Positions 17,674 to 28,323 of a DNA stretch of 39,348 bases are shown one piece after another (the first letter of the stretch is position 1; every line of letters starts with the position of its first letter). A program made the translations under genes and the position numbers. The notes under the pieces were generated by a model. It saw only the letters and a list, made by a program, of their open reading frames with translations, had not been told where the DNA came from and did no database searches. The stretch lies in sequence record SRR33789315_111. One strand, written 5' to 3'.

Positions 17674-19016
17674 CAATTAATCGTGTTTATCTTTTCGCGG
17701 TATTTCTTTGCCTCAACCACATTGCCTGTTTTTTCATAAGAAAATGCCAATTGCTCATAAAATTCTATAGCAATTTTTGTGTTATCAATAAGATAATCTA
17801 AGCCCATTTCAAGCATTTGAATAGCCTTCTTATATTGATTTAAGTTATTATAAGCCATTCCCTGAAACAAGTAAAAAACGGGTTGAGATGGGTAAAACAT
17901 GATACCATCTTCACTAATAGTGATTGCACCCTCAAAATTATCCATCCCTAAATATAAAAAGGCGAGATTTTTCATCACATCAACATCTGAAACATCATTT
18001 TGATATGCCTCTTGATAGTAGTGTAACGCCTTAGGATAATCTTGTTTTTTATAATAATAAGCTCCCAAAGCAGGATTCAGATCTATTTTTTCTCGATCTG
18101 AAAAAAGCTGGAGCATATTTTCAAAATCTGCCTCGTTCTCAGGATTATTTTCAACAAAGTGTAAAAAATCATTAAGTACGGCCTGCTTAGTTTTGGCCTC
18201 AATTTGATCGCTTTTAAGCACTTTTTGTATGGATACTAACGCTTCTTGAGGATTGTCTTTTTCTAAATTAAATTTATAAAGCGCAAGATGTGCAGCATCT
18301 GCATCTGGATTGATTTTGAGTAATTCTTGCGCAGTTTCATATGCCTTTTGCATATTTCCTTGCTGAGTGTATGCAAAAATCATTTTAAGATAATCATCCT
18401 CACTGCGAGTTGATGATTGATTGTTTTTTTTGATATCTGCTAATTCCAGACTTCCACCAGTGGCTTCGGTTATTTCCTGATGAAGTGCATCCCGTTGGTG
18501 GTTTTTACCTACTTTAAGATCTAATTCATTTATTAACGAAAGTGCTTCTTTATAGTTTTTGGCCTTAACATAAATAGTCACCAAATCCTCTTTATAGCTA
18601 ACATCAATATTTATGAGTTCACGCACTATGGTTATTGCCTTATCATATTCCTGCTGGGATTCATACACCTTAAAAAGGCTTTCCATGATATCCTTTTGAT
18701 TAGGTTTTAGAGCCAGAGCTTTATTAAAATTTGTTTCGGCTTCTATTAATTTACCTAAAAGTGCTAGGTTTTTTCCTTTTTCAAAATACAACGCAGCTTC
18801 TTCGGGACGTATGGAAATGCATTTATCCAGAGCGATTATCGCTCGGTCATAATTCTCTATACCTTTTTGTTTTAGCGCCTCAAAAAATAGTTCTTGAAAC
18901 TCATCTGAAACACCTTCGGTATCAAGAACGGTTGCATCTTTTAGGTCAAGGTTTTCCTGTGCTTTGGCCGAAGTCAAAATTAGAAAAAACCCTAAAAGTC
19001 CTATTATGTAACGCAT
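17673..19016 (-). CDS. Exported tetratricopeptide-repeat protein
   Basis: Signal peptide MRYIIGLLGFFLILTSAKAQ followed by multiple TPR-like helical repeats. Confidence 0.85.
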   Translation of the reverse strand: MRYIIGLLGFFLILTSAKAQENLDLKDATVLDTEGVSDEFQELFFEALKQKGIENYDRAIIALDKCISIRPEEAALYFEKGKNLALLGKLIEAETNFNKALALKPNQKDIMESLFKVYESQQEYDKAITIVRELINIDVSYKEDLVTIYVKAKNYKEALSLINELDLKVGKNHQRDALHQEITEATGGSLELADIKKNNQSSTRSEDDYLKMIFAYTQQGNMQKAYETAQELLKINPDADAAHLALYKFNLEKDNPQEALVSIQKVLKSDQIEAKTKQAVLNDFLHFVENNPENEADFENMLQLFSDREKIDLNPALGAYYYKKQDYPKALHYYQEAYQNDVSDVDVMKNLAFLYLGMDNFEGAITISEDGIMFYPSQPVFYLFQGMAYNNLNQYKKAIQMLEMGLDYLIDNTKIAIEFYEQLAFSYEKTGNVVEAKKYREKINTIN

Positions 19017-19023
19017 CTTCCTT

Positions 19024-20034
19024 TTATTCAAATACCGAATAATCTCCTAAACTAATCTTGGTATAATCACCATCATATTTGGCAAAATTGCCAATCATAG
19101 CGTGTGTGAGTTTTGCATTTTTCACCTCGCTATAACTTTGTATTAAACTGTCTTCTATGGTGCTATTTTCAATTTTTGTGCCATTTCCTACAGAAACATT
19201 TGGCCCAACTACCGCATTAATTAAAACCACTTCCTCTCCTATAAAACAAGGCTGAATTATAGTGGAATTTTCCATCTTGACCGTTTCAGACATTAACGTT
19301 TCACCCTCTTCCTGAAGTATATTCAACATACGAGAATTGGTTTCTACGGTCACATTTTTGTTTCCGCAGTCCATCCATTCATCAATTTGACCAGGAACAA
19401 AAACATAGCCTTTTGCCATCATTTGCTTAATCCCATCATTAATTTGATACTCACCACCTCTAAGGAGTTGTGCGTCAAGAACACTTTGTAATTCTTCCTT
19501 TAACACACCGGCGTTTTTAAAATAGTAAATTCCGATTACGGCTAGATCTGAAACATAGTCTACTGGCTTTTCTACTAAACCACTTATTTCTTTTTTATCA
19601 TTTAAAGAAACTACACCGTATGCACTAGGATTTGTTACCTGTTTTACCCAAATAACACTATCTGCACTCTTATCTAACTTAAAATCTGCTCTAAAAAGTG
19701 TGTCGGCATAAGCAATAACACAAGGTCCACTAAGGGATTCTTTGGCACACATAATTGCGTGACCTGTTCCCAGTGGTTTATCTTGTATATAAATGCTTCC
19801 TTTTGCGCCTAAAGATTCTGCAATTGTTATGAGATCTTCTTCAACTTCTTCTCCAAAATCTTTTCCTATTACAAAAGCTATTTCGTCTATAGGTTCATTG
19901 ATAACTTTAGCAATATCTTCTACCAACCTGTGTACAATAGGCTTTCCTGCTATAGGTATTAATGGCTTAGGAACAGTAAGTGTATGCGGGCGCAGTCGAG
20001 ATCCTCGACCCGCCATGGGTACAATAATTTTCAT
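19024..20034 (-). CDS. Sugar-phosphate nucleotidyltransferase with short C-terminal LbH
   Basis: MAGRGSRLRPHT..PKPL, PLGTGHA, VEKP and WMDCG, plus a hexapeptide-like C-terminus. Confidence 0.88.
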   Translation of the reverse strand: MKIIVPMAGRGSRLRPHTLTVPKPLIPIAGKPIVHRLVEDIAKVINEPIDEIAFVIGKDFGEEVEEDLITIAESLGAKGSIYIQDKPLGTGHAIMCAKESLSGPCVIAYADTLFRADFKLDKSADSVIWVKQVTNPSAYGVVSLNDKKEISGLVEKPVDYVSDLAVIGIYYFKNAGVLKEELQSVLDAQLLRGGEYQINDGIKQMMAKGYVFVPGQIDEWMDCGNKNVTVETNSRMLNILQEEGETLMSETVKMENSTIIQPCFIGEEVVLINAVVGPNVSVGNGTKIENSTIEDSLIQSYSEVKNAKLTHAMIGNFAKYDGDYTKISLGDYSVFE

Positions 20035-20109
20035 TTCTATATGGGTCAACGAACTGTTTATCTAAAAACAGAACTATCGATTTAATTACTACTTTTTATG
20101 GGTCTTGCT

Positions 20110-20544
20110 CTAAAGGGTTCCTGTACTCCCAAAACCGCCAGCTCCCCGTTCGGTTACACCTAAGACTTTAACTTGGTGCCACTCTGCGCGCTCGTATCTG
20201 GCTACTACCATTTGTGCAATACGATCTCCGCTTTTAATACTAAAGTCCTCTTGGGACAAGTTAATAAGAATAACGCCAATATCTCCTCTATAGTCTGCAT
20301 CTACCGTTCCGGGCGCATTAAGGACTGTTATGCCCTTTTTTAAGGCTAAACCACTTCTAGGGCGTACTTGTGCCTCAAGACCAATAGGCAACTCTATAGA
20401 GAGCCCTGTGGGTATTAAAACGCGCTCTAAAGGTTTTAGTGTTATTGGATTTTCAATAAATGCCCTAAGATCCATCCCTGCAGAAGAAAACGTTTCATAT
20501 TCTGGAAGTTGGTTATTGGACTTGTTTATAATTTTAATATACAT
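20110..20544 (-). CDS. dut: dUTP diphosphatase
   Basis: All five motifs present: [33 protein letters not shown]. Confidence 0.97.
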   Translation of the reverse strand: MYIKIINKSNNQLPEYETFSSAGMDLRAFIENPITLKPLERVLIPTGLSIELPIGLEAQVRPRSGLALKKGITVLNAPGTVDADYRGDIGVILINLSQEDFSIKSGDRIAQMVVARYERAEWHQVKVLGVTERGAGGFGSTGTL

Positions 20545-20562
20545 GAATGTGAGGGTGCTTGA

Positions 20563-21990
20563 CTATTTTTTAATAAAAATGCTTCTGAGTTCTTTTCTTT
20601 CCAATAGGTAAAAACTTATTAGAAATAGTAGCAGCAAGATACTATTTATCACATAATTTTCTCTAAAAACATAGAATGACAATCCCGCTATAAGCGTGGC
20701 TGTAAACAAATAAAAAGTTATGCGACCTGTATGATATGGTATGGTATAGTGTCGCTGACCATATACATAAGAAATTACCATCATCAGTCCATATGCAACC
20801 AGAGTTGCATAGGCTGAGGCCATAAATCCTATTCTTGAAATCAAGAAAACATTTATAATGATTGTAACTATTGCGCCTATTAATGAAAAATACATGCCAT
20901 AATGGGTTTTGTCTGTTAACTTATACCATACGGCCAAGTTGTGGTAGATACCCAAAAAAAGGTTGGCTAGTAATATATAGGGGACTATTCCTACTGCATA
21001 CCAGTAACTCTCGTTGCTGATAATTAATTCTTTTAAAAAATCAATAAACATCACCACTACAATAAGGCCTATAGAACCGATTATGGTGAAATATTTGAGA
21101 ATAGTAGCATAGGTCTTAGGTGCATTTTTCTCCTTTGCATGATTAAAGAAAAAGGGTTCTGCCCCTAACCGAAACGCTTGAATAAAAACGGTCATAAACA
21201 CTGCCAACTTATAACACGCACTATAAGCACCCGCCACATCTTTATTTTCAAAATGGAGCAAGAGCACTTTGTCTAATTGCTCATTTACCACAAACGCCAA
21301 ACCCGCGACCATAATAGGCCAACCATAATGCCATAACTGTTTGAAAATAGCCTTATCAAAAACCAGTTTTATTTTAAATAAATCTGGCACTAACAATAAA
21401 AGCGTAATTGCGCTTGCAATAATATTTGCAATGAATATATATACTGGATTCCCAGATTTATACCACGAATATTCTAGATTAAATTTGGGTATAGCCCAAT
21501 AAAAAAAGAGGTTGAGAATTACAAAAATAAACAGATTGGCCATTTTAAATCCTGTAAATTTCAATGCCTTACCCTGCGCTCTGAGGTATGCGAAAGGAGC
21601 CACTACTAAGGTGTCTAAAGCAGTAAGACCTAACAATAGCCAGAAGTAATAAAGAGGGATCTCTAAAAAATGAGTAATAGGATTATAGAGTAGTGCTATA
21701 CAACCCAATAATATGCAAGTAGAACCTAAAAGTGCTATAAAAACAGTACTGTATAACTTCGTATTGTCATTTGCTTTTGAAAAGAAACGGAAAAATGCCG
21801 TCTCCATCCCAAATGTGAGGAGGACATTTATAAATGCAGCACCAACATAAAAAGAGGTATTGTCTGCATAACTTGCATTCGCGAGTTTAGCTGTGTGTAG
21901 GGAAACCAAAAGGATATTCATCACTCTTGGCATTACAGTTGCCATTCCATAAATGGCTGTATCCTTAACAAATCCTTTTAATACACTCAA
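20563..21990 (-). CDS. MOP-superfamily (Wzx-like) oligosaccharide flippase
   Basis: About 12-14 hydrophobic segments. TFGMETAFFRF, DK and AFRLGAEPFFF motifs. Confidence 0.82.
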   Translation of the reverse strand: MSVLKGFVKDTAIYGMATVMPRVMNILLVSLHTAKLANASYADNTSFYVGAAFINVLLTFGMETAFFRFFSKANDNTKLYSTVFIALLGSTCILLGCIALLYNPITHFLEIPLYYFWLLLGLTALDTLVVAPFAYLRAQGKALKFTGFKMANLFIFVILNLFFYWAIPKFNLEYSWYKSGNPVYIFIANIIASAITLLLLVPDLFKIKLVFDKAIFKQLWHYGWPIMVAGLAFVVNEQLDKVLLLHFENKDVAGAYSACYKLAVFMTVFIQAFRLGAEPFFFNHAKEKNAPKTYATILKYFTIIGSIGLIVVVMFIDFLKELIISNESYWYAVGIVPYILLANLFLGIYHNLAVWYKLTDKTHYGMYFSLIGAIVTIIINVFLISRIGFMASAYATLVAYGLMMVISYVYGQRHYTIPYHTGRITFYLFTATLIAGLSFYVFRENYVINSILLLLFLISFYLLERKELRSIFIKK

Positions 21991-22010
21991 TGAGCTATAA
22001 TTTCTGAAAG

Positions 22011-22442
22011 TTAATCCTTATTTACTTTTGTTCTTATTCTTGCCAAGCGATAATATTTTTCTTTTCCAGATTGAGAAAAATATAATAAAGATTCACCTGA
22101 AGCCAAATCAACAGGCGGCTTGGTAAACAATTCAGGTAGCGGATTATTTATTTCCTGTGTTCTATCTGACGATATGATTTTATCTGGTCTTACCAGAGAA
22201 GCAACATATACTCCAGTGCTATAGGTAGTTATAGTATAGGTGTTTCCTTTATAAAAAATACTTATAAGTTTAATACTATCTGGCTTATCAGGGATATCAA
22301 AAAAAATCCTATTCTGCTGTTTATCTAAAAACACATCTTCTAAAGTAAAAGGTAAACTAGAGACAACTCCCTTTTTGCCCGAACAAGAGACACTTGCAAT
22401 TAATATAATGAGGATTATAAAAGGTGTGTTAATATATTTCAT
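22011..22442 (-). CDS. Hypothetical lipoprotein
   Basis: Lipobox ASVSC followed by SGKK. Confidence 0.7.
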   Translation of the reverse strand: MKYINTPFIILIILIASVSCSGKKGVVSSLPFTLEDVFLDKQQNRIFFDIPDKPDSIKLISIFYKGNTYTITTYSTGVYVASLVRPDKIISSDRTQEINNPLPELFTKPPVDLASGESLLYFSQSGKEKYYRLARIRTKVNKD

Positions 22443-22519
22443 TTCTCCCTGAGTTGCCCAAAGATAGAGTCTTTAAAGCATCCTCTAAAATAAAGCTTTA
22501 CCCAATAAATAGTGCATAA

Positions 22520-22548
22520 AAAAACCCACGCCAGTAGCGTGGGTTTTT
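22520..22548 (-). terminator. Intrinsic terminator of the atp operon
   Basis: AAAAACCCACGC-CAGTA-GCGTGGGTTTTT just after the atpG stop. Confidence 0.88.
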
Positions 22549-22564
22549 AAAACATATGTTGTTC

Positions 22565-23434
22565 TTAATTGTTTAATGCCTCTGCACCACCTACAATTTC
22601 CAATATTTCATTGGTAATAGAGGCTTGACGTGCCTTATTATAGGTAAGTGTCAATTGGTTTTTAAGATCATTAGCATTATCTGTGGCTTTATGCATAGCG
22701 GTCATACGAGCCCCATGTTCACTAGCTACAGAATCTCTTATGCCTTTAAATAATTGTGTTTTTAATGCCTTTGGGATTAATTGAAGTACAATTTCGGGCT
22801 TAGAGGGTTCAAAAATATAATCCTGAATGTTTCCAGCTTCAACTCCTTCTTTTTTAATAGGAAGAATAGGAAGAAACTGCTCTCTGGTTATAATTTGTGT
22901 TCCTGCATTTTTGAACTTGTTATAAATCAAATCCACGCGGTCATATTCTCCTTTTAAAAAGAGATCCATAACTTTCTCTGCGATTACCTCAACATTGTCA
23001 AACGTAAGGTCATCAAAGACCTCGTTGTGATTCTCTATTACCGTAAATGTTTTTGTTAATATGTCATTTGCTTTCTTACCTATGGTTAGAAAATGCACTT
23101 CTTTATTAGCATAAACATTATTTACTAGCTCTTTTCCTTCTTTTACAATATTAGAATTAAAAGCTCCAGCAAGACCTCTATTAGAAGAAACTGCTACAAC
23201 AAGTATTTTTTTAATCTCCCTATTTTCTGCAAACTTACTTCCGCCATCTCCTTCAAGAGAACTACTTAAATTCTGAAGTAATTCGGTAAGTTTATCAGAA
23301 TACGGGCGCATGGCTGTGATTGCATCCTGTGCTTTTTTCAACTTTGCAGCAGAAACCATTTTCATGGCACTTGTAATTTGCATTGTTGATTTCACAGAAG
23401 AAATCCTATTTCGTATTTCCTTTAAATTTGCCAT
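22565..23434 (-). CDS. atpG: ATP synthase F1 gamma
   Basis: MANLKEIRNRISSV...QITSAMKMVSAAKL and ARQASITNEILEIVGGA. Confidence 0.98.
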   Translation of the reverse strand: MANLKEIRNRISSVKSTMQITSAMKMVSAAKLKKAQDAITAMRPYSDKLTELLQNLSSSLEGDGGSKFAENREIKKILVVAVSSNRGLAGAFNSNIVKEGKELVNNVYANKEVHFLTIGKKANDILTKTFTVIENHNEVFDDLTFDNVEVIAEKVMDLFLKGEYDRVDLIYNKFKNAGTQIITREQFLPILPIKKEGVEAGNIQDYIFEPSKPEIVLQLIPKALKTQLFKGIRDSVASEHGARMTAMHKATDNANDLKNQLTLTYNKARQASITNEILEIVGGAEALNN

Positions 23435-23478
23435 TTATTTTACGTTGACCTATTCCTTAAAAAAAGTGAATTGGAAAA

Positions 23479-25056
23479 TTAGTTATACTTAGCTGAAAGG
23501 TCTTTAGCAACTGCCGCAAGGGTGTCTGTTACCTCATCAGTCAATTTACCTGCCTTCAATGTATCTAAAACATCTCTGTGTTTAGCGTTTAAGTATTCAA
23601 GATAATTTGTTTCAAATTCTTTGATCTTATTTACTGGCACAGCGCGTAAAAGATTTTTAGAACCTGCATAAATGATCGCAATTTGATCTTCTACAGTATA
23701 TGGATCGTTTTGTGCTTGCTTAAGGATTTCAACATTACGTTTACCTTTCTCAATTACATTTAAAGTTGCCGTATCTAGATCTGAACCAAATTTAGCAAAA
23801 GCTTCTAATTCACGATATTGTGCTTGGTCAAGTTTTAATGTCCCCGCTACCTTTTTCATCGATTTAATCTGTGCGTTTCCTCCAACACGTGATACCGAAA
23901 TACCTACGTTAATTGCGGGTCTAACCCCAGCGTTGAATAAATCTCCATCCAAGAAAATTTGACCATCTGTGATCGAAATTACGTTGGTTGGAATATATGC
24001 AGAAACGTCACCTGCTTGTGTTTCAATAATAGGAAGCGCAGTCAATGAACCACCACCTTTTACGAGAGGTTTTAATGAATCTGGAAGATCATTCATCTCT
24101 TTTGCAATTTCGTCATCTGCAATAATTTTTGCAGAACGCTCTAATAAACGCGAGTGAAGATAAAAGACGTCACCTGGATAAGCCTCACGACCTGGAGGAC
24201 GACGTAATAAAAGTGAAACTTCACGGTAAGCAACTGCTTGTTTAGACAAATCATCATACACGATTAATGCAGGACGACCAGTATCTCTAAAATACTCACC
24301 TACAGCAGCACCTGTAAATGGGGCATAAACCTGCATTGCAGCAGGATCTGATGCGTTTGCAGCTACAATAGTCGTGTATGCTAATGCTCCTCTTTCTTCA
24401 AGGGTATGCGCAATTGACGCAACGGTTGAAGCTTTTTGACCAATAGCAACATATATACAATATACTGGCTTACCAGCGTCGTAAAATTCTTTCTGATTCA
24501 AAATGGTGTCAATACAAACGGTAGTTTTACCTGTTTGACGGTCACCAATTACCAATTCACGCTGACCTCTTCCTACAGGAATCATAGCATCAATTGATTT
24601 AATCCCCGTTTGTAACGGTTCGTTTACAGGTTGACGGTAGATAACACCCGGTGCTTTACGCTCTAATGGCATCTCGTAAGTTTCACCCTCAATTGCTCCT
24701 TTACCATCTATAGGGAAACCAAGCATATCAACTACACGTCCAACAATACCTTCTCCTACTTGTACAGAGGCAATTCTTTGTGTACGTTTAACTACTGTAC
24801 CCTCTTTTATGTGACGTGAAGAGCCAAACAATATAACCCCTACATTATCTTCTTCAAGGTTAAGTATCATTCCTTCTAGCCCGCCTTCAAACTCAACAAG
24901 TTCGCCATACTGCGCGCTTGAAAGTCCGTAAACACGTGCAATACCATCACCCACGGTTAGTACTGTTCCCACTTCATTTAATGAAGCAGTTGCTTCAAAT
25001 CCCGAAAGTTGCTTTTTTAAAATCGCTGAAACTTCTGCTGGTTTTACTTCTGCCAT
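23479..25056 (-). CDS. atpA: ATP synthase F1 alpha
   Basis: [29 protein letters not shown] and [13 protein letters not shown]. Start MAEVKPAE at 25056. Confidence 0.98.
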   Translation of the reverse strand: MAEVKPAEVSAILKKQLSGFEATASLNEVGTVLTVGDGIARVYGLSSAQYGELVEFEGGLEGMILNLEEDNVGVILFGSSRHIKEGTVVKRTQRIASVQVGEGIVGRVVDMLGFPIDGKGAIEGETYEMPLERKAPGVIYRQPVNEPLQTGIKSIDAMIPVGRGQRELVIGDRQTGKTTVCIDTILNQKEFYDAGKPVYCIYVAIGQKASTVASIAHTLEERGALAYTTIVAANASDPAAMQVYAPFTGAAVGEYFRDTGRPALIVYDDLSKQAVAYREVSLLLRRPPGREAYPGDVFYLHSRLLERSAKIIADDEIAKEMNDLPDSLKPLVKGGGSLTALPIIETQAGDVSAYIPTNVISITDGQIFLDGDLFNAGVRPAINVGISVSRVGGNAQIKSMKKVAGTLKLDQAQYRELEAFAKFGSDLDTATLNVIEKGKRNVEILKQAQNDPYTVEDQIAIIYAGSKNLLRAVPVNKIKEFETNYLEYLNAKHRDVLDTLKAGKLTDEVTDTLAAVAKDLSAKYN

Positions 25057-25104
25057 TTTGACTTTATTATATGCATTAGAACCCAATACGGATTCATTAT
25101 ATTT

Positions 25105-25644
25105 TTAATTACTTTGTTGTATTACTTTTTTAGCCTCTTTTAATTGATGTGATATGCTGGCATCATATTGAATATCGCCTACACGTAAAATAAATCCACC
25201 AATAATACTGGGGTCAATGACATGCTCAATACTCACCTTGTCTTTACCGGTAAGTGCCTTAACTTTTGCATTGACTTTGTCAGACATTGCAGGAGTTAGT
25301 GCTAAAGCAGTAGTCACTTTTGCAACAACAACACCTTGCTGTTCTTTATAAAGAGCAATAACACCCTTTGCGATTTCGCCTAACAAAGAAGCTCTATTGT
25401 TAGCGACAAGCATATCAAAAAGATTAATGATAATTTTAGAATCACCCTTAAAAATCTCTTTAAGAATATTACCCTTATCTCCTTCACTAACTACCGGACT
25501 CGCTAAAACATCTCTAAGTTCTTTGCTTCCTTCTAATGTTTTCAAAATATTTTGCATATCCTGAAAAACACCAGCCTCCTTAGAAACTTCTTTTGCGCGA
25601 TCTAATATAGCTTTAGAATATCTTAATGCTGCTCTAGTAGACAT
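25105..25644 (-). CDS. atpH: ATP synthase F1 delta
   Basis: RAALRYSKA and DPSIIGGFILRVGDIQYDAS, plus operon position. Confidence 0.95.
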   Translation of the reverse strand: MSTRAALRYSKAILDRAKEVSKEAGVFQDMQNILKTLEGSKELRDVLASPVVSEGDKGNILKEIFKGDSKIIINLFDMLVANNRASLLGEIAKGVIALYKEQQGVVVAKVTTALALTPAMSDKVNAKVKALTGKDKVSIEHVIDPSIIGGFILRVGDIQYDASISHQLKEAKKVIQQSN

Positions 25645-25651
25645 CAATCTC

Positions 25652-26152
25652 TTAGTTTAAAGTTGCTTCTTGCAACATTTTATCAACAAGAACCATCTGA
25701 TCTTCTGAATTAGAAAGTTCTCTTTTTACTACCTTTTCTGCTATTTCAACAACTAACTCGGCCACTTGACCTTTCAAATCTGCTACTGCTGCTCTTTTTT
25801 CAGAAGCAATTGCCTGTTGTGCTTGCACAATTATTTTATTAGCTTGAATTTTTGCTTCTTCTTCAGCATCTAAAATCATTTTTGCTTTGATTTCACGCGC
25901 ATCTTTTAGCAAAGTTTCTCTTTCTGCACGGGCTTCTTTAATCAATTTTTGATTATCAGCCTGAAGGTTTTCCATTTCCTTCTTAGCATTTTCAGCAGAA
26001 TCTAATGCATTCTTAATCCCTTGCTCACGATCATTGAGGGAATTTAAAATAGGTTTCCAGGCGAATTTTTTCAATAGAAAAAGCAAGACCAAAAAAAGGG
26101 CAAGCTGCCAAAAAAATAACCCGAAAGAAAAATCGTTTATTAACTTTTCCAT
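25652..26152 (-). CDS. atpF: ATP synthase F0 subunit b
   Basis: N-terminal TM, KFAWKPIL...RE and a coiled coil. Confidence 0.95.
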   Translation of the reverse strand: MEKLINDFSFGLFFWQLALFLVLLFLLKKFAWKPILNSLNDREQGIKNALDSAENAKKEMENLQADNQKLIKEARAERETLLKDAREIKAKMILDAEEEAKIQANKIIVQAQQAIASEKRAAVADLKGQVAELVVEIAEKVVKRELSNSEDQMVLVDKMLQEATLN

Positions 26153-26193
26153 TTATTATAACTATTAAATAAAATTTTAAATTCTAAAAGAAT

Positions 26194-26219
26194 GGCCCGC
26201 AACCAACCGTCGCGGGGCC
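26194..26219 (-). other. GC-rich stem-loop between atpE and atpF
   Basis: Minus strand GGCCCCGCGAC-GGTT-GGTTGCGGGCC, an imperfect hairpin in otherwise AT-rich DNA. Confidence 0.6.
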
Positions 26220-26238
26220 TTGTTCTTTTTCAGTTTTC

Positions 26239-26436
26239 TTATGCAGCAAATAATGCGGCAAAAGCAACACCTTCTAAAAGTGCCGCGATGATAATCATCG
26301 CTGTCTGAATCTTACTTGTAGCTTCAGGTTGACGTGCGATCGCCTCCATTGCAGAACCACCAATCTTTCCAAGACCGATACCAGCTCCAATTACGATTAA
26401 ACCTGCACCAACTTTTGCTAAATCCAAAGTTTCCAT
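26239..26436 (-). CDS. atpE: ATP synthase F0 subunit c
   Basis: GAGIGLG, ARQPE loop and ion-binding Glu in LEGV. Confidence 0.97.
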   Translation of the reverse strand: METLDLAKVGAGLIVIGAGIGLGKIGGSAMEAIARQPEATSKIQTAMIIIAALLEGVAFAALFAA

Positions 26437-26467
26437 AAATAGTATTTAAAATTAAAAATATACTCGT

Positions 26468-27589
26468 CTATAAGATGGGGGCTTCTTCGTTCCCGTCATC
26501 GTGGTGGTCGTGCTCTTCTATGGCACTACCTATATATAATGCGCTTAATAAGGTGAAAATATAAGCTTGTAAAAACGCAACCAAAACCTCAATAATTGAT
26601 ATGAAAATCGTAAACCCAAAAAAGGCAGGACCAGCGATCCAATTTTTAAATATAAAAATCAACGAGAGTAAACTCATAATCACAACGTGACCCGCTGTTA
26701 TGTTAGCATAAAGTCGAATCATCAACGCAAAGGGTTTGATAAAAAGACCTAATACTTCAATAGGAGCCAAAATAATCTTCATAGGAATTGGCACACCTGG
26801 CATCCAGAAAACATGTTTCCAATAGTCTTTATTCCCACTAAACTGTACGATGAAAAAAGTGATTAGCGCTAAGCATAACGTCACCGAAATATTATTAGTA
26901 ACATTCACTCCAAAAGGAGTTAATCCCAACACATTAATAGTTAATATGAAGAAAAAAACTGTAAGCAAAAAGCCCATATATTTACGGTGCTTCTTCTCAC
27001 CTATATTGGGAATGGCGATATCATCACGCACATATATAACTAAGGGCTCAAGAATTCTATTGATACCTTTAGGAATCTTATTGGTACTGTATGATTTTGC
27101 AAGTCCGTTGAAAATGAAAAACAAGAAAATAGACACCAAAAATATTACAACTACATTTTTAGTAATAGAAAAGTCTAAGGGCTTAGTTTGCGTGGGGTGA
27201 CCATGCTCATCTAGCGTTATGGTTCCTGCGCTATCTGTTTTATAAATTTTATTATGAAAGGTCTTATAGTAATTATCACCTACCGAAGCAACCGCTTCAC
27301 CATGATGAAACTTTGCAGAAGAAAATATCTTCAGACCGTTATCAATTAATATAACAGGTAATGGAAACCCATAATGTTTGCCCGTTTTTGCATCAGAAAA
27401 TAGTGTGAAATCGTGCGTATCTAATAGATGGTGATCTATATATTCACTTATTTCTTCTTTTGTATCCACCAGATTGCCCTCTTCGTGGACCCCTTCTTCT
27501 TCAGGGTGACCTTTTTGCGAAAAAAGTGTAAATGAGCAAAGTAACAGTACGCTTAAGGTTAAAAACCTAGCCTTAATAATTGATTGCAT
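26468..27589 (-). CDS. atpB: ATP synthase F0 subunit a with Bacteroidota-type N-terminal extension
   Basis: KPFALMIRLYANITAGH and LQAYIF. Start likely MQSIIK (27589), downstream of a -7 element. Confidence 0.95.
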   Translation of the reverse strand: MQSIIKARFLTLSVLLLCSFTLFSQKGHPEEEGVHEEGNLVDTKEEISEYIDHHLLDTHDFTLFSDAKTGKHYGFPLPVILIDNGLKIFSSAKFHHGEAVASVGDNYYKTFHNKIYKTDSAGTITLDEHGHPTQTKPLDFSITKNVVVIFLVSIFLFFIFNGLAKSYSTNKIPKGINRILEPLVIYVRDDIAIPNIGEKKHRKYMGFLLTVFFFILTINVLGLTPFGVNVTNNISVTLCLALITFFIVQFSGNKDYWKHVFWMPGVPIPMKIILAPIEVLGLFIKPFALMIRLYANITAGHVVIMSLLSLIFIFKNWIAGPAFFGFTIFISIIEVLVAFLQAYIFTLLSALYIGSAIEEHDHHDDGNEEAPIL

Positions 27590-27622
27590 TCGCTTTAACG
27601 TTTGACTCTCTAAATTTGGCTG

Positions 27623-27630
27623 CAAATGTA
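27623..27630 (-). promoter_or_regulatory. -7 element (TACATTTG) upstream of atpB
   Basis: Exact TAnnTTTG match 34 nt upstream of the inferred start. Confidence 0.6.
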
Positions 27631-27669
27631 AACAATTGTCTGTATTTTCAACTCAAATAAAATTTATTT

Positions 27670-28083
27670 CTATTTTTTTGATTCATTTTTTTCACTATCT
27701 GAATTATTTTTTATTTTCTTTAAGACTCTGCTAACCACAAATATTTCTAATAACAAACAAATAAAGTAAGGAATAAAAAAATCTAAGAAAATCGTTTTGT
27801 CCAATGAGAAGTTCATTTTTTTACTTAAAAAAAGAAACAGTACAATCTTTATCCCACTACTAACAAGAAAAAGATAGCCCAACTGGTCTTTAAAACGAGT
27901 ACTTACAATAATTAGAGTTGTAGTAAAAAGGAAAGTGATGCCGAAGTTAAACTTATAAGAAAAGTCCTGAAAAGGAGTAATAGATTCTTTGAAAAAATCG
28001 GTTAATAATCCAATATGTAGAAAATAAGAAACCGAAAATACGACACCAAATAAAATAAAAAAACGACTTATATCTTTTATCAA
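27670..28083 (-). CDS. 4-TM membrane protein, AtpI-like position (DUF6168-like)
   Basis: Four hydrophobic segments with QLGYLFL...KI and FFIPYF..L..E. Directly upstream of atpB. Confidence 0.65.
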   Translation of the reverse strand: MIKDISRFFILFGVVFSVSYFLHIGLLTDFFKESITPFQDFSYKFNFGITFLFTTTLIIVSTRFKDQLGYLFLVSSGIKIVLFLFLSKKMNFSLDKTIFLDFFIPYFICLLLEIFVVSRVLKKIKNNSDSEKNESKK

Positions 28084-28092
28084 AACAACATC

Positions 28093-28323
28093 CTAATTAT
28101 CAAAACGTTTAAGCTGGCGGAGGACAGCATACAGAGAGATCGCAACGCCAAAGAGAACAAAACCTATGGTAAACCATTGCGTGTTTTCAGGATCGATATA
28201 ACGTGCATCCAGTTTTTTACCCACCCAAGAGCAAAGAAAGATGGTTGCTCCCATTTGAAAAGCAATCCCCGAAAAAATAGCCCAATACTTAAGCGGATTG
28301 CTCGGTTTCTTTTTTGATGTCAT
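28093..28323 (-). CDS. AtpZ/AtpI family protein
   Basis: SGIAFQMGATI...GKKLD pattern, two TMs. Confidence 0.8.
   Translation of the reverse strand: MTSKKKPSNPLKYWAIFSGIAFQMGATIFLCSWVGKKLDARYIDPENTQWFTIGFVLFGVAISLYAVLRQLKRFDN

Noticed and set aside
26239-26436. Na+-coupled ATP synthase
   Set aside because: Subunit c has LEGV rather than the Q...E-S/T-x-x-x-Y Na+ signature, consistent with H+ coupling.
22565-27589. Missing atpD/atpC as gene loss
   Set aside because: A split atp operon with atpDC elsewhere is normal for Flavobacteriia.
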